Part shown: in pieces, positions 18,143 to 28,653 of the stretch | Numbering within the stretch: the stretch's first letter is position 1 | How the letters are laid out: each line of letters opens with the position of its first letter | Assembly: GCA_026016245.1 (NCBI GenBank) | Contig: CP061211.1 | Location: 424,879-488,878 of the forward strand | Direction of reading: 5' to 3' | Origin: Candidatus Pacearchaeota archaeon | Lineage (GTDB): Archaea > Nanobdellota > Nanobdellia > Pacearchaeales > UBA284 | DNA length: 64,000 nt | Program-made: the position numbers and the translations under genes | The notes under the pieces: generated by a model | Databases searched by the model: none | What the model was told of the DNA's origin: nothing | Seen by the model: only the letters and a program-made list of their open reading frames with translations

Positions 18143-18544
18143 ATGAAAGCAACAGCCGCAAGAATTGTGAAAGGAATCAATATAGGAGCGTTGATAAATG
18201 TCGCAGATAATAGTGGAGCAAAAATTGTAAGAATAATTGGAGTAAAAAGAGGCAAGGGCAGAAAGGGAAGGCAGATAGCTTGTGGTGTGGCAGATCTTGT
18301 GAGAGTCAGTGTTCGTAAAGGAACTATTGCAGTACGTAAGCAGGTTTTTTTTGCTGTTGTAGTGAGGCAGAAAAAAGAATATAGAAGGAATACTGGTGAA
18401 CGTATTAGTTTTTTTGATAATGCTGTGGTTATACTTAAAGATAAAGAAGGGAATCCAAAAGGAACCCAAATTAAAGGGCCTATTGCTAGAGAGGCTGCTG
18501 ATAGGTGGCCTTTTGTGTCTAGAGTGGCAAATCTCATTGTTTAA
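18143..18544 (+). CDS. rpl14: 50S ribosomal protein L14
   Basis: ...LINVADNSGAKIVRIIGV... Confidence 0.9.
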   Translation: MKATAARIVKGINIGALINVADNSGAKIVRIIGVKRGKGRKGRQIACGVADLVRVSVRKGTIAVRKQVFFAVVVRQKKEYRRNTGERISFFDNAVVILKDKEGNPKGTQIKGPIAREAADRWPFVSRVANLIV

Positions 18545-18547
18545 AAA

Positions 18548-18940
18548 ATGAAACAAAAATTTTCACGGAAATGGAAGGCATCAAAACAGCCTAGAAAACA
18601 AAGAAAATACAAAGCCAAAGCTCCATTACACGTGAAACATAAAATGTTAGCTACTCATTTATCAAAAGAGCTTAGAAAGAAACACGGTAAAAGATCTATA
18701 ACTTTAAGAAAGGATGATGTTGTTAAAATAATCCGTGGAACCTTCAAAGGAAAGCAAGGAAAAATTTCAATAGTCAACATGAAAAAAATAAGGGTTTATA
18801 TTGAAGGGATACAAAGAACGAGAAAAGACGGGACAAAGGTCAATGTCCCATTTAATCCTTCAAACCTAATAATTGTAGAATTAAATTTAGATGATAAAAA
18901 AAGAAATAAAAAATTAAGGAGGAGAGAAGGAGAAAAATAA
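18548..18940 (+). CDS. rpl24: 50S ribosomal protein L24 (KOW)
   Basis: KDDVVKIIRGTFKGKQGKI KOW motif. Confidence 0.85.
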   Translation: MKQKFSRKWKASKQPRKQRKYKAKAPLHVKHKMLATHLSKELRKKHGKRSITLRKDDVVKIIRGTFKGKQGKISIVNMKKIRVYIEGIQRTRKDGTKVNVPFNPSNLIIVELNLDDKKRNKKLRRREGEK

Positions 18941-18941
18941 A

Positions 18942-19604
18942 ATGCATCTTAAAAGAATAGCTATGCCAAGAAGTTGGCCACTTCCAAAGAAGGAAAGAAC
19001 ATTTATTGTAAAAGGTAGGGGTCCCCATCCTTCAAAGATGTCCCTTCCTCTACTAGTGGTTCTTAGAGACATAATAAAAGAGGCTAAAACAAGAAAGGAA
19101 GTTAAAAAAATATTGAGTGAAGGTCTAGTTCTTATTGATAATAGGGTTATAAAGGATGAAAAATTTAATGTGGGATTATTTGATAGAATTTATATTAAAA
19201 AGCTTGAAAAGGCATTCACTGTACATCTAACAAAAAAAGGGAAACTTAAGATTCAGGAAATAAGCAAGGAAAAAGTTCATAAAAAACCTTGTAAAGTAGC
19301 TGGGAAAAAGATTCTTAAAAAAAATAAAGTGCAGATTAATTTACATGATGGCCGAAACTTGATAATAAAAGAGAAGGATATTAGGGTTGGGGGGAGTATA
19401 ATTCTTGATCTAAAAACAAATAAAGCTACTGATTATTTGAAACTAGATAAGGGTTCTTTAGTATTGGTTATTGGTGGAAAACATACTGGAGATAATGGCA
19501 AAATTTCTGATATAGATGATAAAGTATCTGTGGTGATAGGGGAGAAAATATTCAAGATATCAAAGGAAAATGTATTTGTTATAGATAAGGGAGAATTAAA
19601 ATGA
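18942..19604 (+). CDS. rps4e: 30S ribosomal protein S4e
   Basis: MHLKRIAMPRSWPLPKKERTFIVKGRGPHP... Confidence 0.9.
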   Translation: MHLKRIAMPRSWPLPKKERTFIVKGRGPHPSKMSLPLLVVLRDIIKEAKTRKEVKKILSEGLVLIDNRVIKDEKFNVGLFDRIYIKKLEKAFTVHLTKKGKLKIQEISKEKVHKKPCKVAGKKILKKNKVQINLHDGRNLIIKEKDIRVGGSIILDLKTNKATDYLKLDKGSLVLVIGGKHTGDNGKISDIDDKVSVVIGEKIFKISKENVFVIDKGELK

Positions 19605-20104
19605 ATGAAGACAAAATGAGAGAGATTAAAATAGACAGTATAACATTGCACTGTTCAACATCAGACCCAGGAAAACTGGATAAATCTATAAAACTCCTGA
19701 AGTTGATTGCCAAGGCAACTCCTGTTAAAACACTGGCCAAGAAAAGGATCCCTGCATTCAAGATAAGGCCAGGACTGCCGATTGGTTGTAAGGTTACTGT
19801 TAGAAAAAATACTAATGAATTATTGAAAATGTTATTTACAGGTATACCCTCCCTTAAAGATAAACAGTTCAATCCAGGCTTTTTAAGTTTTGGAGTAAAA
19901 GAGTATATTGAAATTACTTCGATACCCTATCAAAGAGATATTGGAATAATAGGTTTTGATGTTGTTGTTAAATTAAAGAGGCCTGGTTTTAGAATAACAC
20001 AGAGAAAAAGAACAAAAAGCAAGATAGGAAAAAAACATAGAATTACAAAGGTTGAAACAAAAGAATTTTTTGAAAAAAATTTTGAAATAAATATTGAAAA
20101 ATAA
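19601..20104 (+). CDS. rpl5: 50S ribosomal protein L5
   Basis: Sequence and operon position. Confidence 0.9.
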   Translation: MNEDKMREIKIDSITLHCSTSDPGKLDKSIKLLKLIAKATPVKTLAKKRIPAFKIRPGLPIGCKVTVRKNTNELLKMLFTGIPSLKDKQFNPGFLSFGVKEYIEITSIPYQRDIGIIGFDVVVKLKRPGFRITQRKRTKSKIGKKHRITKVETKEFFEKNFEINIEK

Positions 20105-20105
20105 A

Positions 20106-20336
20106 ATGACAGCAAGCGATTGGAGAAAAATATTGAAGCAACTGGAAAATAAGCCAGCAATAAAAGCTCGCTTTTTGAAATTTTGTAAGCCAAAGGACCG
20201 TAAGTTTGGAATTGCGGCGCGTAAATGTGTAAGGTGTGGAAGATATGGAGCACACATCAAAAAATATGATCTCCATCTCTGCAGACAATGTTTCAGAGAA
20301 ATAGCTAAAGAAATTGGTTTTAAAAAATATATGTAA
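20106..20336 (+). CDS. rps14: 30S ribosomal protein S14 (zinc-binding type)
   Basis: [25 protein letters not shown]; ATG at 20106 after the L5 stop. Confidence 0.85.
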   Translation: MTASDWRKILKQLENKPAIKARFLKFCKPKDRKFGIAARKCVRCGRYGAHIKKYDLHLCRQCFREIAKEIGFKKYM

Positions 20337-20338
20337 AA

Positions 20339-20725
20339 ATGGTAGTTAGAGACTGGCTTTCGGCGATGCTGAATGATTTAATGAATTGCAAAAAAGCTGG
20401 AAAGAAAGAAACTATAGCGATGCCTGTATCCAACTTGATGTTGGGGGTATTAAAAATATTAAAGGATGAAGGGTATATTGAAGATTTCAATATAGTGGAG
20501 GATAAGTTTAAGCATGTTTTAATAAAAATCAAAAAAATAAACAAGTGTGGGGCAATAAAGCCCAGATTTTTTGTGAAAAAAAAGGAGTTTGATAAGTATA
20601 TTAAGAGATACCTTCCTGCAAGAGGTTTTGGGATACTCATAGTTTCTACGAATAAAGGTTTGATTACCCATCGTGAGGCTATAGAAAAGAATATTGGAGG
20701 AAGCTTGATAGCTTACTGTTATTAA
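20339..20725 (+). CDS. rps8: 30S ribosomal protein S8
   Basis: Sequence and operon position. Confidence 0.9.
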   Translation: MVVRDWLSAMLNDLMNCKKAGKKETIAMPVSNLMLGVLKILKDEGYIEDFNIVEDKFKHVLIKIKKINKCGAIKPRFFVKKKEFDKYIKRYLPARGFGILIVSTNKGLITHREAIEKNIGGSLIAYCY

Positions 20726-20726
20726 A

Positions 20727-21284
20727 ATGAAAAAGAAAATAACAAAAATAATCAAGATACCAGAAAAAACAGAAATAAAACTAGAACTTCCGAAAATAGT
20801 TGTTAGTGGCCCTCTTGGAAGTATTGAGAAAAAATTCAAATTTAAAAGAATACAGATAAAAAAGGAAAATAATGAGATGATAATTGAACATGAAAAAGCC
20901 ACAAAAAAAGATAAAAAAATAATAAATACGATGGCAAGTCTTGTTGAAAGTATGATTAGGGGGGTTAATGAGGGTTATGAGTATAAACTCCAAATATGCT
21001 CAACACATTTTCCTATAAGTGTCAAAATAGACAAGGAAAAAAATCTCTTGGTTATAAAGAATTTTCTTGGTGAGAATAAAGATAGGATAGTGAGATTACT
21101 CCCCGAAGTGGATATAAAGATACAGGGAGATATCATATCTATAAATTCAGTAAATAAAGAACTAGCTGGACAGCAGGCAGCAGATATTGAAGTTGTTTCA
21201 AGAATCAAAAGACGTGATAGGAGAGTTTTCCAAGATGGAATATGGATAATTAAAAAAGAAAAAGGAAGACCAAAATCAAAATGA
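20727..21284 (+). CDS. rpl6: 50S ribosomal protein L6
   Basis: Sequence and operon position. Confidence 0.9.
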   Translation: MKKKITKIIKIPEKTEIKLELPKIVVSGPLGSIEKKFKFKRIQIKKENNEMIIEHEKATKKDKKIINTMASLVESMIRGVNEGYEYKLQICSTHFPISVKIDKEKNLLVIKNFLGENKDRIVRLLPEVDIKIQGDIISINSVNKELAGQQAADIEVVSRIKRRDRRVFQDGIWIIKKEKGRPKSK

Positions 21285-21889
21285 TAAAGAAAAAGCCCAG
21301 ATTTTTGAGAAAAGACACTTTCAAGAAATCAAGATTAGGGAAAAGAAAGAAAAAAAAACAGATATGGAGAAGGCCTATAGGTAGGCATAGCAAAATAAGG
21401 GAAAAAAGAAGGGGTTATGGGAAACAGCCATCAATAGGTTATAGTTCCCCACGTAAAATCAGAGGCTCTATGAGGGGATTGAAACCTGTATTAATTTATT
21501 CTCCCAAAGATATTAATGAAATTAAAAAAAATGAAATTGTTATTGTGGGCAAGGTTGGTAAAAAAAGAAAAATAGATATCGCTAAGAAAGCTCTTGAGAA
21601 AAAGATTATTCTTTCAAATCTAAATGCTCAAAAATTCATAAGGAAAATTGAGGCAGAAAAGAAAAAGAAAGAAGAATTAAGGAAGAAAAGAAAAGTGGAA
21701 GAAAAGAAAAAAGAGGAAAAGAAAACAAAAGAAACAAAGGAAGTGAAAAAAGAAGAAAAGAAGGAGGAAAAGGAAAAAGGAAAAATCCTGCGTAAGGAAA
21801 CAAAAAAAGAAAAGCCAGAAGTAAAAATTAAGCCAAAAGGAGGGCCTAAAGAAAAAAAAGAAATGTTTAGAAAGGCGCTTGAAAAATGA
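21281..21889 (+). CDS. rpl32e: 50S ribosomal protein L32e with K/E-rich tail
   Basis: L32e core plus long KKEEKK tail. Confidence 0.85.
   Translation: MIKKKPRFLRKDTFKKSRLGKRKKKKQIWRRPIGRHSKIREKRRGYGKQPSIGYSSPRKIRGSMRGLKPVLIYSPKDINEIKKNEIVIVGKVGKKRKIDIAKKALEKKIILSNLNAQKFIRKIEAEKKKKEELRKKRKVEEKKKEEKKTKETKEVKKEEKKEEKEKGKILRKETKKEKPEVKIKPKGGPKEKKEMFRKALEK
21703..21770. repeat. 68-nt K/E-tail coding module, copy 2
   Basis: See 16223..16290. Confidence 0.6.
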
Positions 21890-22314
21890 AAACACTAGCT
21901 TTACAAAAAAGACTTGCAGCTGCCGTACTTAAAGTTGGACAGAATAAGGTATGGTTTGATCCTTCTATGATTAGTGAGATTCGGGAAGCTATCACAAAAG
22001 AGGATATAAAGGCTCTGATAAAGGAAAAAGCAATTAAGAAAAAACCTATCATTGGAGTTAAAAGGAGAGCTGGTAAAAAAAGACAGAAAAGGAAGAGAAA
22101 GGGAAGGGGCAGAGGAGCTGGAAGAAAAAGAAAGATTGTGAAAAAAAGGAAAAAAGAATATATGATAAAAATAAGAAATCTGCGCTCTTATATTCATGAA
22201 CTAAAATTAGGAGGAAAAATAGATTCAAAAGAAAGCAGAAAATTAAGGAGGCTTGCAAAAGCTGGCGTATTCAAATCTAAAAAAGATATTAAAGAAAAGG
22301 TAAAAATAAGATGA
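21886..22314 (+). CDS. rpl19e: 50S ribosomal protein L19e
   Basis: MKTLALQKRLAAAVLKVGQNKVWFDP... Confidence 0.85.
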   Translation: MKTLALQKRLAAAVLKVGQNKVWFDPSMISEIREAITKEDIKALIKEKAIKKKPIIGVKRRAGKKRQKRKRKGRGRGAGRKRKIVKKRKKEYMIKIRNLRSYIHELKLGGKIDSKESRKLRRLAKAGVFKSKKDIKEKVKIR

Positions 22315-22811
22315 AAAGAAAATTCGCTAAAGTAACATTCAGGAGAAGACATGAAGGAAAAACAGATTATAAAGCAAGAGCTACTCTCCTTAAATCTAAA
22401 GAACCCAGATTGATTATAAGAAAAACAGATAAGTACATCATTGCACAAATCGTGAAAAGTAAGGAAGCTCAAGATTCAACTGTGTGTTATGCTAACTCAA
22501 AAGAATTAGGTAGGCTGGGATGGGATTTAAGTTTCAAAAATATCCCTGCTTCATATTTAACAGGGCTTTTGATAGCTAAAAAGGCTAAGGAGAAAGGAAT
22601 AAAGAAAGCGATAATTGACATCGGCCTTTATAGGTCTATTAAGGGCTCAAAACTATATGCTGTTGTTAAGGGGGCATTAGATGGCGGATTAGATATCCCA
22701 CATGAAGAGAAAATGATACCAAAGGAGGAAAGAATAAAAGGCTCTCATGCCAAAAATGCTGAAAAAATAAATAAGATATTTAATGAAATAAGAGAAAAAT
22801 TAAAGGGATAA
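22311..22811 (+). CDS. rpl18: 50S ribosomal protein L18
   Basis: Sequence and operon position. Confidence 0.85.
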   Translation: MKRKFAKVTFRRRHEGKTDYKARATLLKSKEPRLIIRKTDKYIIAQIVKSKEAQDSTVCYANSKELGRLGWDLSFKNIPASYLTGLLIAKKAKEKGIKKAIIDIGLYRSIKGSKLYAVVKGALDGGLDIPHEEKMIPKEERIKGSHAKNAEKINKIFNEIREKLKG

Positions 22812-22812
22812 A

Positions 22813-23643
22813 ATGTCAAGAGCTGGAAAAAAGGAAAAGGAAAGAGAAGTTAAAAGAATAGAGAAAGAACGTGAAGGTCAACAAGCCAAAGTAGAAGAGA
22901 GAATAGAAACAAAAGTAAAAGAGGAAGTGATGAAGAAGGAGGAGAAAAAGGAAGAAATTAAGCAGGTTAGAAGATCAGCAAGGAGGGAGAGAGAAAGAAA
23001 GAGCACTTTGGTTAGTTGGGTGCCTAGAACCCAACTTGGTAGAGATGTAAAACAAGGAAAAATTAAAAATATAAATGAAATTTTTGAAAAAAATTTAAAG
23101 ATTCTAGAACCACAGATTGTTGACTTCCTAATCCCAGAACTTGATTCAGACCTATTACGTATCGGACAAGCTAAAGGCAAGTTTGGTGGTGGAAAAAGAC
23201 GCCCTTGGAGACAAACACAGAAAAAAACTTCGGAAGGAAATGTCCCAAGTTTTGCATGCATGGCTGTTGTTGGAGATAAGAAAGGATATGTTGGTTTAGG
23301 TCATGGTAAAGCAAAAGAAACTGTGCCCTCAAAGCAAAAAGCTCTAGCTAAAGCAAAGGTAAATTTAATTCGTGTCAGGAGAGGCTGTGGAAGTTTTGAG
23401 TGCGTTTGTAATGAACCACACAGCATTCCTTTTGTTACGGAAGGAAAAAGTGGAAGTTCTAGAATAAAACTAATGCCTGCACCAAAAGGAACAGGACTAG
23501 TTATTGATGATGAATGTAAAAAAATTCTAAGATTAGCAGGAATAAAAGATGTTTATAGCAAGACTTTTGGACAGACAAAAACAAAATTCAATCTAGCTAA
23601 AGCATGTATGATAGCTTTGGAAAAATTAGGCGGATATATTTAA
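22813..23643 (+). CDS. rps5: 30S ribosomal protein S5 with K/E-rich N-terminal extension
   Basis: S5 core ...GGGKRRPWRQTQKKTSEGNVPSF...; ~65-aa charged N-terminal extension. Confidence 0.9.
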   Translation: MSRAGKKEKEREVKRIEKEREGQQAKVEERIETKVKEEVMKKEEKKEEIKQVRRSARRERERKSTLVSWVPRTQLGRDVKQGKIKNINEIFEKNLKILEPQIVDFLIPELDSDLLRIGQAKGKFGGGKRRPWRQTQKKTSEGNVPSFACMAVVGDKKGYVGLGHGKAKETVPSKQKALAKAKVNLIRVRRGCGSFECVCNEPHSIPFVTEGKSGSSRIKLMPAPKGTGLVIDDECKKILRLAGIKDVYSKTFGQTKTKFNLAKACMIALEKLGGYI

Positions 23644-23648
23644 AGAAA

Positions 23649-24086
23649 ATGGTAAAAATAATTGTTATCAGAATGAGGGGCATGGTGAATGTAGCCCCAG
23701 ATGTGAAAAAAACTTTGGATATGCTGAGACTGAGGAAAAAATTTTCTTGTGTGATAGTTGATGACAACCCAGAAACTATTGGCAAGCTAAAAAAAGTGCA
23801 AAATTATGCTTCTTATGGCCCTATAAAGGAAAATACAATAAAACAATTGATTCTAAAGAGAGCAAAACTTCCAGGAAATAAACCATTTAAAGATGAAAAA
23901 AAAGTAGAGGGTTTTGTTAAAGATTTTATTGAAGGAAAAAAGAATATGAAAGAATTGGGAATAAAACCTTTCTTTAGATTACATCCTCCAAGAGGAGGAT
24001 TTAAGAGAGAAACTAGAAAATTATTCCCTAAAGGTATCTTGGGGAATAATAAAGAAATAAATAAACTTGTTTTGAAAATGTTGTAA
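23649..24086 (+). CDS. rpl30: 50S ribosomal protein L30
   Basis: MVKIIVIRMRGMVNVAPDVKKTLDMLRLRKKF; ATG at 23649 after the S5 stop. Confidence 0.8.
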   Translation: MVKIIVIRMRGMVNVAPDVKKTLDMLRLRKKFSCVIVDDNPETIGKLKKVQNYASYGPIKENTIKQLILKRAKLPGNKPFKDEKKVEGFVKDFIEGKKNMKELGIKPFFRLHPPRGGFKRETRKLFPKGILGNNKEINKLVLKML

Positions 24087-24087
24087 G

Positions 24088-24528
24088 ATGAAAAAGAAAA
24101 GATCCAAGCGTTCAAGATTGAGAGGAAGGAGAAGTTGTGGTTATGGAGCTAGAAAAAAACACAGAGGCAAGGGAAGTAAAGGTGGTAAAGGAATGGCTGG
24201 GACTGGAAAAAGAGCAGGACAGAAAAGAACATGGGTTTTAAAGTACGACCCAGATCACTTTGGTAAAAGGGGCTTTACAAGTTTAAAAAAAATAAGAAGG
24301 AAAAAGATGAAAACAATAAACTTTTCACAAATTCAAGATCAGATTGATAGTTTAATGAAAAAAGGTTTGGGAAAAAAGACTGCTGAAGGAATAGAGCTTA
24401 ATTTGAAGAATTATAAAGTTTTGGCAGGAGGGGATTTGGAAGATAAATTTATAATCAAAGCATCCTCATTCTCTAAAAAAGTTGAGGAAAAAATAAAAAC
24501 ATCGGGTAGCAAAATCATGAAGATATAA
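24088..24528 (+). CDS. rpl15: 50S ribosomal protein L15
   Basis: Basic Gly-rich N-terminus, canonical position before SecY. Confidence 0.85.
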   Translation: MKKKRSKRSRLRGRRSCGYGARKKHRGKGSKGGKGMAGTGKRAGQKRTWVLKYDPDHFGKRGFTSLKKIRRKKMKTINFSQIQDQIDSLMKKGLGKKTAEGIELNLKNYKVLAGGDLEDKFIIKASSFSKKVEEKIKTSGSKIMKI

Positions 24529-25901
24529 TGTCTTTTAAAAATTTATTAGCAAATTTGCCAGAAGTCAAGGGGCCTGAAGAGAAAAAGCTTAGTTTTGGTA
24601 AAAAACTTAAGTGGACCCTCATAATTCTGATAGCTTTCTTTGTCTTATCTAATATTCCTCTTTATGGCTTGTCTGAGAATGCATTGAGCAGATTTGAATA
24701 CCTTTCTATCATCTTAGGGGCAAGTTTTGGTTCTTTAATGAGCTTAGGTATAGGACCTATCGTGACTGCATCCATTGTTTTACAACTTTTGGTAGGTTCG
24801 GGTATCTTGAATATAGATATGACAAGTACTGAAGGAAAGAAATATTTTCAAGGTTTGCAGAAAGTCTTGGCAATCTCATTTGCTATATTTGAGGCTGTTA
24901 TTTATGTTATGATGAAAGGGCTGCAAGCAACCCCTGGTCTCGAATGGCTTTTAATTTTCCAACTTTTCTTGGGTGGAATGTTGATCATTTTTATGGATGA
25001 AGTGATTAGTAAGTGGGGTTTTGGAAATGGTGTTGGTCTTTTCATTGTAGGAGGAGTGGCATGGCAGCTTATTGTTAGAGCATTCAGTTTCTTAGGACCT
25101 GAAAAAACAATACAGCCAGTTGGTAAAATTCCTGTGCTTATTGTTTCTATAATAAATGCTGATACTATTGGGGCATTAGCAGCATTCGTAGCTATTGCAG
25201 CCACAATTATTATATTCATTATAGTTGTTTATACCCAAGCAATAAAAGTTGAAGTTCCGCTCTCGTTTGGAAGGGTTCGTGGTTTTGGTATTAGATGGCC
25301 TCTTGCTTTCTTTTACACTAGTGTTATTCCTGTTATTTTAACAGCTGCACTTCATGCAAACATAAATCTTATGGCCACTCTAGCAGAAAGAGTAGCTGGC
25401 TATGCAACTTTCCTTGGGGGTTTTAGTCCTGAAGGTATTCCAATAAGTGGTCTAGCATTCTGGTTCAGTGCACCGCCAGCAGGAATTATTGAGCATATAA
25501 TAAAAGGATCATTTATGCCAGTTATGATATGGCAATCTTTAATGTATATCTTATTTATGGTTGCTGGCTCTGTAATGTTCTCCATTTTCTGGATGAAAAC
25601 ATCTGGAATGGATGCAGCAAGCCAGGCTCGACAGATATCATCTTCAGGATTACAAATTCCAGGATTCAGAAGAGATAATAGAGTTATAGAAAGCATTTTA
25701 TCAAGATATATCCTGCCTTTAACAGTCATGGGAGGTGCAGCAGTAGGCTTATTAGCAGCTTTATCAGATGTGACTGGAGCTTTAGTTAGGGGGACTGGTA
25801 TATTACTTAGTGTTATGATAATTTATCGTTTATATGAAGAAATTGCCCAACAGCATGCTCTTGATATGCATCCTCTTGCAAGAAAATTTATTGCAACATA
25901 G
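24528..25901 (+). CDS. secY: preprotein translocase subunit SecY
   Basis: 457-aa polytopic membrane protein at the end of the r-protein operon. Confidence 0.9.
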   Translation: MSFKNLLANLPEVKGPEEKKLSFGKKLKWTLIILIAFFVLSNIPLYGLSENALSRFEYLSIILGASFGSLMSLGIGPIVTASIVLQLLVGSGILNIDMTSTEGKKYFQGLQKVLAISFAIFEAVIYVMMKGLQATPGLEWLLIFQLFLGGMLIIFMDEVISKWGFGNGVGLFIVGGVAWQLIVRAFSFLGPEKTIQPVGKIPVLIVSIINADTIGALAAFVAIAATIIIFIIVVYTQAIKVEVPLSFGRVRGFGIRWPLAFFYTSVIPVILTAALHANINLMATLAERVAGYATFLGGFSPEGIPISGLAFWFSAPPAGIIEHIIKGSFMPVMIWQSLMYILFMVAGSVMFSIFWMKTSGMDAASQARQISSSGLQIPGFRRDNRVIESILSRYILPLTVMGGAAVGLLAALSDVTGALVRGTGILLSVMIIYRLYEEIAQQHALDMHPLARKFIAT

Positions 25902-25956
25902 CATAAGATTTAAATAAAACAAAATAAAAATTAGAAGATAAGATAGATAAAATAAA

Positions 25957-26409
25957 ATGAGTATATTTGTGGATTTTGTTCAGTGGAGCCCTTTAGCTAG
26001 CATAATCATATTTGCTTTTGTAATAACATTCATCCTCACATTTCTGTATAAAAAATTGATCAATAAAAAAAAGATGGACGAACTAAAAGAAAAACAGAAA
26101 GAAGCAAAAGAAAAAATAAAAGAATATAAGGGTAATCCTGAAAAAATGGCAGAAATTCAGAAAGAGATGATGGAGGCAAGCATGCAGAGTATGAAATTAA
26201 CCCTAAAACCCATGTTAATCACATTCCTTCCCTTATTACTTATATTTTATGGGCTTAAAATTTTATATATGGATGCTGTAAAGGTTGGAAATATTATAGA
26301 ATGGGGGACTAATCTTCCCATAATTGGAAATGGTGCAGGTTGGCTTCTTTGTTATATTGTTTTTGGTTTTGTCTTTAGTCTGATTTTACGCAAATTATTC
26401 AAAATATAA
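25957..26409 (+). CDS. DUF106 / EMC3-like membrane protein (archaeal YidC/Oxa1-like insertase candidate)
   Basis: TM helix, charged coiled coil, two TM helices; position just after secY where DUF106 genes typically sit. Confidence 0.5.
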   Translation: MSIFVDFVQWSPLASIIIFAFVITFILTFLYKKLINKKKMDELKEKQKEAKEKIKEYKGNPEKMAEIQKEMMEASMQSMKLTLKPMLITFLPLLLIFYGLKILYMDAVKVGNIIEWGTNLPIIGNGAGWLLCYIVFGFVFSLILRKLFKI

Positions 26410-26410
26410 G

Positions 26411-26833
26411 ATGGATAAAGAAAATAAAGAATTTGAGAAAAAGATAATTGAGTTTAATATTCTTGATGCTAGAATTAGGGAGTTAGAGCAAAATATAGTT
26501 CTTTTGGAAAAACAAATTACAGAGATACAGAATTGTCAACTATCTCTAGATGAACTTAAGAACACAAAGGAAGGAACTGAAACATTTTCATCCATTAGTC
26601 CAGGAATCCTCGTGAAATCTAAACTATTGGATAATTCAGAAGTTATGATGGATGTTGGAGCCAAAATTTTCTGTAAAAAAAGTGTTGATGGAGCTAAAGA
26701 AATAATACAGAAAAGATTAGATCAGGCTCTTGAAATTCATAAAAAACTATCTGAGGAGATAACTCTATTATTACAGGAAATAACTAAGTTAGAGAAGGAG
26801 ATAAGAGAAAAACAATTAAAATCTATTTCTTAA
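26411..26833 (+). CDS. pfdA: prefoldin alpha subunit
   Basis: Two coiled-coil arms flanking a central beta-hairpin region; 140 aa. Confidence 0.6.
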   Translation: MDKENKEFEKKIIEFNILDARIRELEQNIVLLEKQITEIQNCQLSLDELKNTKEGTETFSSISPGILVKSKLLDNSEVMMDVGAKIFCKKSVDGAKEIIQKRLDQALEIHKKLSEEITLLLQEITKLEKEIREKQLKSIS

Positions 26834-27659
26834 ACATAAAAGGATAAACTCTTCTAACCTCGCTGATAAAAGATTTTTTCATGAAAACTCCAAGCTCTGA
26901 AATTATTGCTGTAACAAGTGCTGGATCTATTTTTTCAAAAGCCATGTTAGAGATCTTAACACCTTTTGGAGGATTAGACCAAACTTCCTTAATACTTCTT
27001 TTTTCAATTTTTTCTTCTATTCCATAAATTGTTTCTGGATCAAATTTCCAAGAATCTGTTGCTACATAGAGAGGAACATCATACTTTTTCGCAATAATAG
27101 CAAAAAGTTCGCTTCCTATTTTATTATATATTTTTGTTGGTGTAATAGCATCAGTACCATAGAAGGATATGTCAGCTTTCTTGAGAGCTATCCTTGCAGC
27201 AGAATCCACAAACATTGTAACAGGAATTCTTGCTTTAGAAAGCTGTGATGCTGTAATGCGGCCTTGATACAATGGGCGAGTTTCAGTACAATAAACCTCA
27301 AACTTTTTTCCTTGTCTTTTTGCCTCCAAGAAAATGTTTATAACAGTGCTAGAATGGCAGTGTGTGTAAATTGTCATGCCATTTTTAATAAATCTAGAAC
27401 CATATTTTGATATTTTTTTCTGGCTTTCTTTGAAGTGTTCAAGAACAAATCCCACACCTTCTTTAATTGTTGGTTTAGCAAGAATAAATTTGATAGTATT
27501 TCTTAAAGTGGGTTCAGTTGGTCTTAAATTGATGAGCTTTCTTACAGCTTTCTTGTCATGTTTTATTAACAAGGCTTTTGCTGCTGCCATAGCAACATTT
27601 CTTGCTCCCTGTATTTTTACCTCTTTTATGTCTTTGCATATCTTATCAAAACGATTCAT
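26823..27659 (-). CDS. eIF-2B alpha/beta/delta family protein (aIF-2B / ribose-1,5-bisphosphate isomerase family)
   Basis: TIYTHCHSSTV...YCTETRPLYQGR...VDSAARI pattern. Confidence 0.7.
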   Translation of the reverse strand: MNRFDKICKDIKEVKIQGARNVAMAAAKALLIKHDKKAVRKLINLRPTEPTLRNTIKFILAKPTIKEGVGFVLEHFKESQKKISKYGSRFIKNGMTIYTHCHSSTVINIFLEAKRQGKKFEVYCTETRPLYQGRITASQLSKARIPVTMFVDSAARIALKKADISFYGTDAITPTKIYNKIGSELFAIIAKKYDVPLYVATDSWKFDPETIYGIEEKIEKRSIKEVWSNPPKGVKISNMAFEKIDPALVTAIISELGVFMKKSFISEVRRVYPFMFKK

Positions 27660-27764
27660 AAAAAAAACAAGGGAAAGGGATTAAAAAATCTTTTTATTTT
27701 AGATTTTTGGAAACCTTTTTAAAATTAAAAGAGCTGATAAAATTATAAAAGAGGTAAGAAAGGA

Positions 27765-28643
27765 ATGCTTGAGACATTAGTTAATCCTAAAAAAGCTGAA
27801 AGACGCCCATGGGAGATGTTCTTTATAGGGGCATTATATGCTACAGTTTCACTTTTTATCGCAGATTTCCTCTTCTTGAAAAATCCTGTATTTGAAAAAC
27901 ATATCAGCATTTTAATAGTTTTTTTCACTGTCATGTTCTCCATACCTTTTTTCTTTTACATTATTAAAATTGAAGAGGAGAAAGATACAAAAATCAAAAG
28001 CGAGAAGAAACTAATTAAGGAACATGGAAAAGCTATCAGTGCATTACTTTTCTTATTCTTAGGTTATGTTGTTGCTTTTGCTTTATTATTTGCTTTAATG
28101 CCCATGGAAACGACAAGTACTAATTTTAAAATCCAAGTAGAAACTTACTGTATGGTTAATGCAAGGTTTGGTTATGAGGAATGTGTTGAAGGGCATTTAA
28201 CAGGAGATGCCACAGAACTACGTATGAAAGTACCAAGTATAAAAAATGGCATGTCCCGAGTTTCAACCATCCTTTCTAATAATTTTTATGTTCTTTTGTT
28301 TAGCCTTTTATTTTCATTCTTATTCGGAGCTGGAGCAATATTCATTCTTGCTTGGAATGGAAGTGTTATTGCAGCAGCCATAGCTATATTTGCTCGTGAT
28401 AATCTAGCACAACTTCCTTTAGGATTTTTACGTTACCTTATTCATGGATTGCCAGAGATTGCTTCTTATTTTATTGTGGCTCTTGCAGGTGGTATCATAG
28501 GGACAGCAGTAATAAGACATGAATTTGGACATGAAAAGTTTTGGCATGTTCTACAAGATTCTTTAGATCTCATAATTATCGCTCTCCTTGTTCTAATAAT
28601 CTCAGCATTTATGGAAGTTTTTTTAACCCCAGCTTTGTTTTAA
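27765..28643 (+). CDS. SpoIIM-like (DUF95) membrane protein
   Basis: LAWNGSVIAAAIA...HGLPEIASYFIVALAGG pattern. Confidence 0.5.
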   Translation: MLETLVNPKKAERRPWEMFFIGALYATVSLFIADFLFLKNPVFEKHISILIVFFTVMFSIPFFFYIIKIEEEKDTKIKSEKKLIKEHGKAISALLFLFLGYVVAFALLFALMPMETTSTNFKIQVETYCMVNARFGYEECVEGHLTGDATELRMKVPSIKNGMSRVSTILSNNFYVLLFSLLFSFLFGAGAIFILAWNGSVIAAAIAIFARDNLAQLPLGFLRYLIHGLPEIASYFIVALAGGIIGTAVIRHEFGHEKFWHVLQDSLDLIIIALLVLIISAFMEVFLTPALF

Positions 28644-28653
28644 ATAATATAAA

